NCBI GenBank assembly: GCA_964187785.1
Contig: OZ076411.1
Coordinates: 46,438,001-46,502,000, forward strand
Length of the DNA stretch: 64,000 nt
Source of the DNA: Amphiscolops sp. MND2022
Taxonomy: Eukaryota
Direction of reading: 5' to 3'
Shown here: positions 1 through 11,000 of the stretch, one piece after another
How positions within the stretch are numbered: position 1 is the first letter of the stretch
Layout of the letters: each line of letters starts with the position of its first letter
The notes under the pieces: generated by a model
What the model was told of the DNA's origin: nothing
The model's input: only the letters and a program-made list of their open reading frames with translations
Database searches by the model: none
Translations under genes and position numbers: made by a program

Positions 1-448
1 CTGCAGCCAGAAAGGCCAGACAGTCAGTTTTCTAGCTTTGAAAAGCGGCACTCCATCCAAGTTGAGAATCATTAGAAGTTCGCCAGGAGCTATTGTGGGA
101 CCATCTGAAGGGTTTCTTTTTCGCTTCCATGATTTTTTGATTTGGTGTCCGTTTCGATGGGCAAGGAGGAATATATGGACTTGAGCATCAACGCAAAGTA
201 ACTCCTTCAGCATATTTAAAGTGGTAACTGTGAAGTGGAGGTAGCCGATGATAGCAGCTGAAAATGTTGTTGGGTTTGGGCAGAACCTCTTGGGACAACC
301 CCAGGATCTCCCTCTGTCCTTTTTTGGACAAGTCGTTGCAAAGTTTGAACTGCTGAATTTTCCAATAAAAATCATGCCATGACAATTGAGATCCCGGGAA
401 AATTTCTTGAGTTTCCAATTTCTGCTTTAATTTCTGGCTCAGAAACAA
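1..448 (-). pseudogene. CMC-EnSpm (CACTA-like) transposase fragment, frameshifted, running off the left edge
   Basis: Minus frame from about 255 to 1 reads ...LLMILNLDGVPLFKARKLTVWPFWLQ, matching the L-N-x-D-G-x-P-L-F-K..S/T-x-W-P catalytic motif of animal EnSpm transposases. ORF 188-448 in another frame has LSKKGQREILGLSQEVLPKPNN, resembling the upstream LS..A...LL.L....LP..N motif. Confidence 0.8.
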
Positions 449-1780
449 TCAGTATTGATCTGGACTGCGGTGGCTCGATGTTGTACTGCAAAGTAATTAT
501 ATTCTCCTCTCTCACCATAGGAAGTATCACTTTCTTGATCATTTCCTGAACGTTCCGTCATAAAATTATCGATGCAACTTTTGACTTGTAGATTGGGGTG
601 AAGCATTAGTTGAAAATGCTTCAAAGTTTTCTATTGCAAAAACGTCATGAATGGGCAAGTTGGTTGCTTCGAAAAAATCTGAACAACTGGGGACAGACGA
701 ATCGCTAAAATTTCCAAGTCGATACAGTGCCGATGATCTCTCACGGGCAAGCGAGACCGTTTAAGAGGCTCAATGTTTCGTTTGGACGTGCTCTGAATTG
801 GTTATTTAGGCTTTTTTGCTGTCTTCGTTTACGAACCGGTATGTCAATGGCCAATTGTTGCCCATTCTTACTTTTTGCTGTACAGACAATTAACATTGAA
901 ATCCCCCAAAAAAATGCCGGTCATATAAAACTAAAATCTCATCCCCAACTCGGATTTCGCGGCACACTTCGGCTGTAGGAAATCATTGAATCAAAGTAAT
1001 CTTGCCGAAGACATCCATGGCTGTGAAAGCTGTTTCGGATAGCTAGTCATGGTGAGCTCTGCAAACGTAGGCATCTTCCCAAAAAAACATCTTTCAAGCT
1101 ATACTGGGTTGTGTTTTTGTTCGAAAGATAGGAGTTTGGTAATTATGCGACAACGTTTCTGAAGTTTGAAGTAAAACAAGAAAACTGCGCGTCAGTGTGT
1201 TTTCAAATTCCGCCAGAATCGATTCAAGATATTGCTGTACTCTGATTCCACGAGAAAAACTAGGATCGAAAAACCCGAATTGAATTGTTTAAAAACCCTA
1301 TACGAAATTCACAAAAACTGACACTTTCGGCAGTAAACGATTCTTCAGTTTTTGTGACTCTTTTTCAAAGTAAACCTCTCCTGTATCTTACATGATTAGC
1401 TCCGTCCCGTGCTCGAAGATAAGCATAGTTTCTAGTCCCACAAAGATGAAACACTGCTTCTAAATCAGAAAGGGTCTGAGTAATTGAAAACGATTCAGGA
1501 GCATGTAGTTAACGATATCAACACCACATCCAGTACTCGTAAAACTAAACAACTGATGAAGAAACAAAATGTCCGCTGAGCATTGGCGTTTTTCCACTTC
1601 ATTTGCTCCGCAAAAAATGTATAGCGAAAGTGAAGTTCGAAAAAAATGACCTAAGGCCTAGAAAAACGCCATTCTAGGGACCTAATTAGAACCATCTACC
1701 AACTACCCTGCAGACGTATGCAATATCAATTGAGCAGACGGATTGAAGTGAAAAAATATACAAAGATTTTTTGGCCAGGA

Positions 1781-4700
1781 TAAATCGAGGACTTACTAAA
1801 TTACATTTGAACACTTTGCAGCAGTTTCTAGAGCTGGCTGACGTCTCAGCGTAATTGCTTCTCGGCTAAAAACAAAACAATTGATGCTCTTCGGGCGTTT
1901 GGGTTGCCTTCGCCAGATGCCGACCAACCGACCGATAGTAACTTCTATCACCTTGGAAGTCCCGACAGAATTTTCTCTTTATAAACTATTTCGCTCCGAA
2001 TGACCTTTGGAAAACCTCATTGAGCTTTTTTTGTTTCGAAAAAGTACAGACAAAAGTGTCTTGACAAAGTGGTCTTTTGTCAATCAAATTTTTAGAACGG
2101 CTTTTTTACCATAGCTTTCAAACTTCCAGCATGTGATCTACATCCAGCATGTGATTTCGTTACTCCAGATCAAAAGAATTTTAATCTCTGATTCTGCGTT
2201 CGAGTTTTTTCTATGTGCTGCATGACCACAGAATCCGAAAGGTTTCCACAAAACATCTCTGAAATACCAATAATTGTGCCACTTTTCAGGAGTAACGAAC
2301 CAGTGAACTTTTCTAGATTAGGTGTCTTTTTCTGTCAAGCAGTTAGTTTTTAAAAACTGCGATCATTCTCATTTGGATGACAAATGTCGAAGGTAAGCAT
2401 CTAAGAAGCAGTGCAAAACAAAGACAGCGAACGTTTATTTTGAAAAAGTCCTAATATCAATGCAAAAGTATCGGGAACCAATTCGTTGGAGTTGCAATTG
2501 ATTCTGTAATATCACCTAGTTGACTGAAAGAAATGTCTCATGAAAGTAAGTGTTGATTGGTCCACTTTTCTTTTCTTATTCTCATACCACAGCATTGTCA
2601 GTTTTCTTTGCCACTGGGAATAGCGTTGTTGGCGGATCAACACAGTCGTTTGATTTCTTTAGTTTTTAGTCGGCGCGTTTTCCTTTTAAGGAAAAATGCC
2701 CGACTATAGCAGTGACCTTTTTTTTTCTTCAGACTACAATCCTCACACTGATCGGTCCACTTTTTACAATTCTCAATTCTGCGCAGAGCACCTGAGGCCA
2801 AGTCCGCCCAAGGCAAACTTTACTCCAAAGGGTCCCCCCTTTCATTTTTTACTTTTTCAAGGAAACATACAAAACCGGACGTTTGGATTTTTTTCGGAAC
2901 TGTGCGACTTTTTTTCGAAATTTCTTTTCGAAAACAAAACGGAATGTTTGTTAATAAATACAGAAGGGTCCCCCCTTTTACATTTTTCGGCACTATGCGA
3001 CTTCTTTTGAAAGAAATTTTTTTTTTCAAAAATTTCAATTTTTTTCCAAAAAAAGTGTTTTACGCTTTTTGAGCCTTAGATATGGCGCCGACTTTAGACG
3101 TTCTCGTCTTGTTAAGGGTTAAGATGGTCTACTGAAATCTGGTTGCCCAGCTTCAAAGTGTGGCGGTACAACTCTTCAGAACTTATCTGCCCTAGAGCAA
3201 CGCGAATTGCTTTCTGGTAAAGTTCCGTCCTCACTGGTTCAGCAGCCACTCTTGGTCCGGGTTTCAGGGCTTTTCGGGGATCGATCATTACATTACCCAC
3301 TTCGAGCGACAAAAATAGAGCCTTTGCTATGTTTTTGGTAAACTCACTTGGAGTGTCTCCAGCTATGTTTGTCAAATCTTTGCCGCTGTAGATCACTTTC
3401 TGTTTTTCAACGTTTTCTGAGTCGACTGCGGTTGTCGAAAGTCGAACCTGCTTTTCTGCTGACTTTCCAGTCAACTCCCGCAAAGGTTTTCTGGTAATTT
3501 TCATAGTTTCTTCTTGAAGCTCCAAAGATTTGTCCAGATGCTCTTCCATAAATCGAGGACTTACTAAATTACATTTGAACACTTTGCAGCAGTTTCTAGA
3601 GCTGGCTGACGTCTCAGCGTAATTGCTTCTCGGCTAAAAACAAAACAATTGATGCTCTTCGGGCGTTTGGGTTGCCTTCGCCAGATGCCGACCAACCGAC
3701 CGATAGTAACTTCTATCACCTTGGAAGTCCCGACAGAATTTTCTCTTTATAAACTATTTCGCTCCGAATGACCTTTGGAAAACCTCATTGAGCTTTTTTT
3801 GTTTCGAAAAAGTACAGACAAAAGTGTCTTGACAAAGTGGTCTTTTGTCAATCAAATTTTTAGAACGGCTTTTTTACCATAGCTTTCAAACTTCCAGCAT
3901 GTGATTTACATCCAGCATGTGATTTCGTTGCTCCAGATCAAAAGAATTCTAATCTCTGATTCTGCGTTCGAGTTTTTTCTATGTGCTGCATGACCACAGA
4001 ATCCGAAAGGTTTCCACAAAACATCTCTGAAATACCAATAATTGTGCCAGTTTTCAGGAGTAACGAACCAGTGAACTTTTCTAGATTAGGTGTCTTTTTC
4101 TGTCAAGCAGTTAGTTTTTAAAAACTTCGATCATTCTCATTTGGATGACAAATGTCGAAGGTAAGCATCTAAGAAGCAGTGCAAAACAAAGACAGCGAAC
4201 GTTTATTTTGAAAAAGTCCTAATATCAATGCAAAAGTATCGGGAACCAATTCGTTGGAGTTGCAATTGATTCTATAATATCACCTAGTTGACTGAAAGAA
4301 ATGTCTCATGAAAGTAAGTGTTGATTGGTCCACTTTTCTTTTCTTATTCTCATAACACAGCATTGTCAGTTTTCTTTGCCACTGGGAATAGCGTTGTTGG
4401 CGGATCAACCAGTCGTTTAATTTCTTTAGTTTTTGAGGGTTAAGATGGTCTACTGAATTCTGGTTGCCCAGCTTCAAAGTGTGGCGGTACAACTCTTCAG
4501 AACTTATCTGCCCTAGAGCAACGCGAATTGCTTTCTGGTAAAGTTCCGTCCTCACTGGTTCAGCAGCTACTCTTGGTCCGGGTTTCAGGGCTTTTCGGGG
4601 ATCGATCATTACATTACCCACTTCGAGCGACAAAAATAGAGCCTTTGCTATGTTTTTGGTAAACTCACTTGGAGTGTCTCCAGCTATGTTTGTCAAATCT

Positions 4701-4870
4701 TTGCCGCTGTAGATCACTTTCTGTTTTTCAACGTTTTCTGAGTCTACTGCGGTTGTCAAAAGTCGAACCTGCTTTTCTGTTGACTTTCCAGTCAACTCCC
4801 GCAAAGGTTTTCTGGTAATTTTCATAGTTTCTTCTTGAAGCTCCAAATATTTGTCCAGACGCTCTTCCAT
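1781..4870. repeat. Direct tandem duplication: unit 1 = 1781-3548, unit 2 = 3549-4870
   Basis: taaatcgaggacttactaaattac starts both units. Lengths 1768 vs 1322 differ by exactly the 446-bp insertion at 2668-3113. The junction shows a short AT microhomology. Confidence 0.92.
2668..3113 (-). mobile_element. Non-autonomous Helentron-like (HINE/DINE-1-like) element, copy with an empty site in the duplicate
   Basis: Present in duplication unit 1, absent from unit 2 (empty site 4434/4435). Subterminal inverted AGTCGGCGC motifs, 3' hairpin, insertion in a T-run, no clear TSD. Confidence 0.75.
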
Positions 4871-5430
4871 TTCGACATTATGTGAAAAAAAAACGGTTCC
4901 ACGCCTTTCACTGAACAAATCAAGCCTTAGGTTAGAACTCCCACTATAATTTACCCCTTTTTCAACGGTGACAAAATGAATAAAAACGCCAACCATTGTG
5001 CCTAACCTGTTTCTCGCGATCGACGTGAAAGCTCTGCAAATTCCGTCATTCATCAACGTACTGGTTTCCTGCACTTCAGGCGAAGAGTTGCTGTTTACAT
5101 CGGATTCAGTATCTGCTTCAAAGTACGATTCCAAAACATGCGGGGAGCTACATGCGACAGGAGCTACATTGTTCATATCCAGTTGTGCTAGTGCACTCTC
5201 GTGTGCGTTGGTAGTTTCCAGTTTGGCCACGCTAATGTCGCCTTTCTCAATCTCATTATCCAAGTAAACCACATCTTTCAATTGCCTTTAAGAGCCCTTG
5301 TATATGAAATGCCCTCTCGGAAATTATTGATCGCAACCTCGTCACCTTTTTCAAGCTTCATTTTATCGAAGTTGCTAAAATTCGTCGGCCAACCTTTGAT
5401 TGTGGCTCGAGGGTTGAAAAAGTGCCATCA
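4280..5430 (-). pseudogene. Transposon-associated BEN-domain-like ORF, frameshifted near 5282; partial copy at 3112-3548
   Basis: 333-aa ORF contains PSEFTKNIAKALFLSLEVGNVMIDPRKALKPGPRVAAEPVRTELYQKAIRVAL..YRHTLKLGNQ, a BEN-like helical pattern. An upstream frame (KLEKGDEVAINNF...) joins by a 1-nt shift. BEN call is by eye. Confidence 0.55.
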
Positions 5431-6273
5431 CTGAGAAAAGAGAAGAGGCAGCCCTAGCTTTTGGGCAGTCCCAGCCTTTTCTTCTTCCAGTTTCTTTGGC
5501 TCCGACACAGAAGTGAAGTGATTTTTTGTAAAACATCAGAAACGTTCTGAAATGTAAGTCGTCGATTGCCTTAAAACTGCTAATTTGTCCTTTAACAGTT
5601 TTAAAAGTGGCAAAACTGTAAAATTGATAATGAAAGAAATCAGAATCAGTTATTTCAGAAACCTTTTTGATAGTTTGGGAGTTTCCTGAACAAGAGCTTC
5701 CTTTTCTCCTAACACATTCTTCCGACGTCGGGAGTTTTGACTGGAAGATTCTGATGACAGATTGAACATTTCAAGATCAAGTAAGAGAAGATATCTGAAA
5801 AACTCTGGAGCGAATATACAGTCATTCGGCTTTGAGAATTAAAACAAATGTCTTATACGAAGAGATCTCATTGAATCTGGTCAAAACCATGCAAAAATTT
5901 AATTCAACATAAGATTCGGAGACCGAATTGTACATCAAAAAACAGTCCTTACGAAAACGGAAAGCAAAGTACACCACTCGACAAAAAGAACGTTTTTACA
6001 ATGAATGAAGCAAATACAGAAAGCTTTTGTTGTGAATTTAAAATTGAAGGCAATTATCTACAATTGAACAAGCAACGCTAGGAATCGACGCAGCGCTAAA
6101 GCTTCTATAGAGTGCAACACTGGACTTCGGTTCGTGATGGTCTTTAATAACATGTCTGAAACAGAAAATTTGCTGGATTCTCATTGCTACATTAATTCAA
6201 AAGCCAAAAAGTGGACATTTTAACTTTGAAGCTCCTAAAGTTTTCGGAAGGAGGTCGCATCAGGCCAAAAACA

Positions 6274-7032
6274 TCACTCCAGGCCTTTCGATGAACACGA
6301 TTTTTTCATCTGAAGAAACTCACATGCAAAAAATGAACCCTTGTAAAAAACAGCACTCAAAAAGTGACAAAACAAAATTACAAACCCAGAGATGTGTCTG
6401 ACGTTTGTCTTACTGGCAAGTGACAGACTATATGAGTTGTGACAGAGTCGGGTGATGCTGTCGCCCTCTGCAATCAATTGCAGAGTAAGCCCTCTTGGGA
6501 AGATTCTTTTTCTTTATGGCCTTCTTTGTATCGAACCTCCTGATACTGCCCAGGAAGTTCTGCCTCCTCAATTTAAGATCAACGCTGCGCAGCGTAAAAA
6601 TCGGAGTTTACAATTTTTTCCTCGCCTTCCAGAGCAGCATCCATTGTAAGAAAATTTACCTGAATCAAGGATTCCACGACTCCGAGAAAAATTGGTTGGA
6701 AGTGACGTTCGAGGCAATTTTCGACATTGTTTGATTGATCGGTGCATCCATTGAAAAGCGCACAGTTTGCAAGCAAACGTTTTTGCTGAATCCTTGACCT
6801 CCACCCAACCCATTTCGGGCGATAGGACTTTAATTGTGTCTATTTCAGCGAAATAGACTTGAAACAGGTCCTGATTGATCATTTTACCTTTCGGGCAGCT
6901 TGGGAACACAGGAGGCAAGCTTGACCCTGGCTTCCGATTAGGCGAAATGGTGAGATAGTCATTACTGGCTCCTTGAATGGGTTTGTTCGAAACATCTTTC
7001 GCGTTGACTTGGAGGCTTGGCAGTTTGCCCAT
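6274..7032 (-). pseudogene. Degenerate ORF with a broken Cys/His (BED/C2H2-like) finger, probably transposon-derived
   Basis: FACKLCAF continues by frameshift into NGCTDQSNNVENCLERHF; multiple stops and shifts; same strand as the EnSpm and BEN remnants. Confidence 0.35.
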
Positions 7033-7143
7033 TTGCCATCTGAAAAAATTGAATCAGTTAAAGATGATCACGAAATTCATATGATTAAAAAATTACCAAA
7101 CATTGTTTTAAATATAAGTGAGAGAAATTGGCAGAGATATGAG

Positions 7144-7340
7144 AAACAAGCCGGGAACGGCATAAGTGTGCGCCATATCAAAGGCTCTAAAAGAGCAAAA
7201 GTACTTCAAAAATCACAAAAAATGAAGCAAAGACCCTTTCCACACGTTCAAAAATTTCCAAAAAAGCTCACAGTTCCGAAAAAAAATCGAAAGGGGGACG
7301 TTTTAGTCTCGTTCGGTTTTGTTAGTTATATTAAACGTAT
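7144..7340 (+). mobile_element. Helentron-like repeat, 5' fragment
   Basis: Begins AAACAAGCCGGGAACGGC...GCGCCATATCAAAGGCTC, like the other family 5' ends. Confidence 0.65.
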
Positions 7341-7789
7341 GTTTTATATCTTTTCCCTAACTTGTTTCTCGCCATCTCGGGAACCTTAATTGGTTCGTAA
7401 GGGCAGAATCAGATCAGTCAAAGGAGCATCGCTCTCCAAAGAATCTCAGATTGACAAGGAGACTACATTTAGACGTTTTTCTTGAACTCCTCGGAAGGTG
7501 GTTGTTTTTCATCGGCTGCCCCTCCTCAAGATATTTTGGCAATTGAAACAGTCATTCCCTTCAAAACGGAAAAGGGTTCAATGCTGAAAATATTTCTTTT
7601 TTGTTTCGAGTTCATCCGATAGAGTTAAATGCAATTCCAGTGAGCATTGAATCAGAGCCGTTGAACAGTTTTTTTGTGCGATTTTTAAAATCCCAAATAA
7701 AGATAGGTGATTTTGAGCTTTGTATCTATTTTATTGCTTTATTTTCACGGCCATAGAAACTTCTCAATTTGCAGCAGAATTTTTTAGTG

Positions 7790-8080
7790 ATGTAAATCTT
7801 GCAAGAAATTTTCCTTGGTGATGCAAGTCTTTCAAGAATTTTACAAGATTCTTGTAAGATATGACTTTTCTGTCTGATTTCTGCAAGACTTACATTTTTC
7901 ATGATTGGTTTTTTCCTCCACCATGGTATGTATATTATGCATTTTGAAACATAAAGCTGGTCTGTTTCCGTTGATAGTTGCTGTTAGTTATGCATTGAAC
8001 GTCTTGCAAAAATCAATTGTGCATATTTTACTCAGATTACTTTGCAACCCTCTTGAAGAAAGTGACCTATCAAGAAAGTC
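7790..8080. repeat. Cluster of CTTGCAAG-type motifs (MITE/subterminal repeat family)
   Basis: Repeated tcttgcaaga/caagattcttg motifs, shared with 44273-44794 and 55614-55802. Confidence 0.45.
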
Positions 8081-8089
8081 TTGTTTCAG

Positions 8090-11000
8090 ATTCTAATTTC
8101 GAAGTACTCGAATGAGGACGATCCAGAGGACAAGATTCACTTCATGGAAGTGCAGAGTGGAGATGCCTCGGAAGTGGTTTCTCATTCTAGCAAGGTCCAC
8201 ATCACGTACGCGGCGCATGTTGTTGATGGTGCTAAAGTTGGAAAGAAGTTTGACAGCAACAAAGATGCCGCCGGGGCTAAACTCTTAGCTGTGGATCTTA
8301 CAGCCAAAAAAGGGGGGTCTGTGGTGACGGTTAGTTTAAAATATACTGAAAAAAGGTTTGTTTTGAAGTTACTAAAATGAAAGTAATGTATGGTGGTTTC
8401 ATCAAAATCTAGTACTTGAAATTGTTTCCTCCCCACACATGCGTCAAATTGTGAAAATAAGTGAAAAATTGACAATTTAGTTGCTGGTTGCACGAATTCA
8501 TGTGACGTCATAACAGCAGTGCTTTTAGAAATAATAAAGTATTTTTGGTACAACTAAAAAAAATAAAAATTGAATTGTAATGTGTGGGGCGGGGGTGATA
8601 TGAAAAGAGTCTAATGTTGAATTAATTACTCCTTTAATCTGGGAACAAGGTATTCATCTGACAAATAAAATTTATTCTTTTCGAGCTGATGATGCATCAA
8701 ACTCTTAAGGTGAAATCTGTCAAGTGTTGTGTTGAAAGATGGCAACTCGTAAATATTTCCATAGAAATTCTTCTTTCAGGGTCTCAAAGACGGCTTAGTA
8801 GGTATGAGCAGAGATTCCACTCGAGTGATTTTGGTCCCTCCAAAACTGGCTTACGGCTCTACGGGTCTCAAAAACAAAGTGCCTCCCAATTCTTACCTTA
8901 TTTATGAGGCCAAAGTTGCCAAAGTTAGTAGCTACTCGTGTAAAATTTATGTTATACTTATGTCATGGTCTTTACAAATACTGGTTTTCCATAATGGTTT
9001 TGAAACTTTTTGAAGTCTTCTTTTTATCGTACCCTTCTTAACACAATTTAACAAAATTCTTCCTCTGGTTATTTTTAATTAAGCTCAGGGCCATTGAATT
9101 ATCCTCGTTTTGAAAGTCTTCTATTGAAAGGGCTATTGGAAGTCATCGTTTATGCAATCAATAATTCAAAAATGTAATTCTTTTGTCTATACCCTCCAAA
9201 ATCTTTTGGCAAAAATTTCAGGTTTCTCAAGTGTCGCGAACCCAGCGAACTTCGTCATCTGAAGTCCCGCTGCCCAGGCTGTCCAGCAGAGGTGACGATG
9301 ACGACGAAGATGAAGTTTCAGAGTCAGTAGATGAGGGATCTGATGAGGAAGATGATACTCAGGCTGAAGGAGAAGAAAGTTCTACCGCTGATGACGCCCC
9401 TAACTCATCATCTGTTACCAGAGCCAAGATATTACAGAGAACGGCCAAATTAGGACAAGCTGTGTTGCCTCCAAAGCGCGAGAACAAAGCAACGCCCAAA
9501 GCGGCTCAGCAACCGGTTTGTTCCCTGTTGCGTGATTTTAGGTGTCATCTCAAAAAGTGTCAAATGGAGGTTTTTGCGAAACTCATTTTCACTGTTTTTC
9601 AAAGTTTAACAATATTTTTTCAATTAGTAACGTTAAATCTCAAACCTGAATTTGAGAGACTTTTGTTGAAAAATGTTGGTTTACCATATTGTCGACGAGA
9701 AAAATCGGATTATTTGATGGTTCAATTTTTACTGAGCTATATTTTTACTGTATTTCCTATTTTTTATTTGAATAAAACATTTCATAAATCAATAATTACA
9801 TTTTCCTTCAGTTGAGCAATGCTATTTGTATATTGTTATTCCGCTTGTTATCATCCTAAGCTAGTATTCATTAGTATTTCGCTTAGCTTTTTGCTTCTGC
9901 TGAAGTTGCGTTTTCTGATAACTTCATTGTTGTTTTGCTATTTGCTTCTATTAGTTACTGGTTTCTATTATGATGCTCTAAGGCAAAAGAAATGCCAAAA
10001 AAAACCAGCGGCTCTAGCATTTATTCTCAAGATGCCAAAGAGGATGGCTATGACGGAATTAGTATCTCATGGAAATTTCATCTACACAATCTCGTTTTTT
10101 TTTACGAGCAATGCTAGTAACATTATCGAGCGCTGGAATAGAGCCAAAAGAGACTTGCTGGTGCAAATCGGAGTCATGTTTTTTTGGATTTTTTTATCCA
10201 AGTACGCTTTCTGACAGAAAAATGAGCAAATTTTTTGTGACTGATATTCTAAAACAGCAGATAACAAAAAGTTCCAATCTGCTCCTGTGTCTTTTCCAAC
10301 TACTCTATCAAATTGAATCAAACTCGACTCGAACTGAAACCCCTGTTACTAGAGTTGCATTGAAAGCTGTAGCGCAGCGATAGTTTTCGTAAATTCTTCT
10401 AAAATGCCTTAGAAGAAATTTTAACCTGAGAAGTCTCTACTGGTCTGAAAATTTGTTCATGCACTTATGCATATAGAGTTTCAGGGGCAAAATCGAATGA
10501 AGTAATTCTTTTCACTTCGTCCTGGCAATATCCAAAGTAGTTCGGGAATCAGGCTGAAAGTTTAAATATAGATTATTTGTCTTGATATGTGTTATAACAG
10601 AAAATAATTTTATTGTTCAAACTGAAAAATACAGATGTTCGACGTTGGTTGCACTTTCGATCTTAGGTCAACTCTACAACTGGCCTTTTCCCTAGCCTGA
10701 AGCGTACAAAAATGGTGAGAAAGAAGAATTTTTGATATTTTTTCGAAATTAAAGTCGCACTGTGTTGAAAAACGAGAGCGGAACATTTTAGCCTTCAAAA
10801 ATGCAAAATCCTAACTGAAAACAAACCAAAGCACCCGAAATGAAAAAAAGTTTCGAAAAGAAACGTCGCATAGTTCCAAAACTATGGAGGTGTAAACAAC
10901 ACCGTGGTCGCATCTTATATTGAATCAGAATTTAAATTGAATCAGTTTATATAAGAATTAGTCGAGCCGTTTGCCACCCCTGGATGCAGTTGAGATGCGA

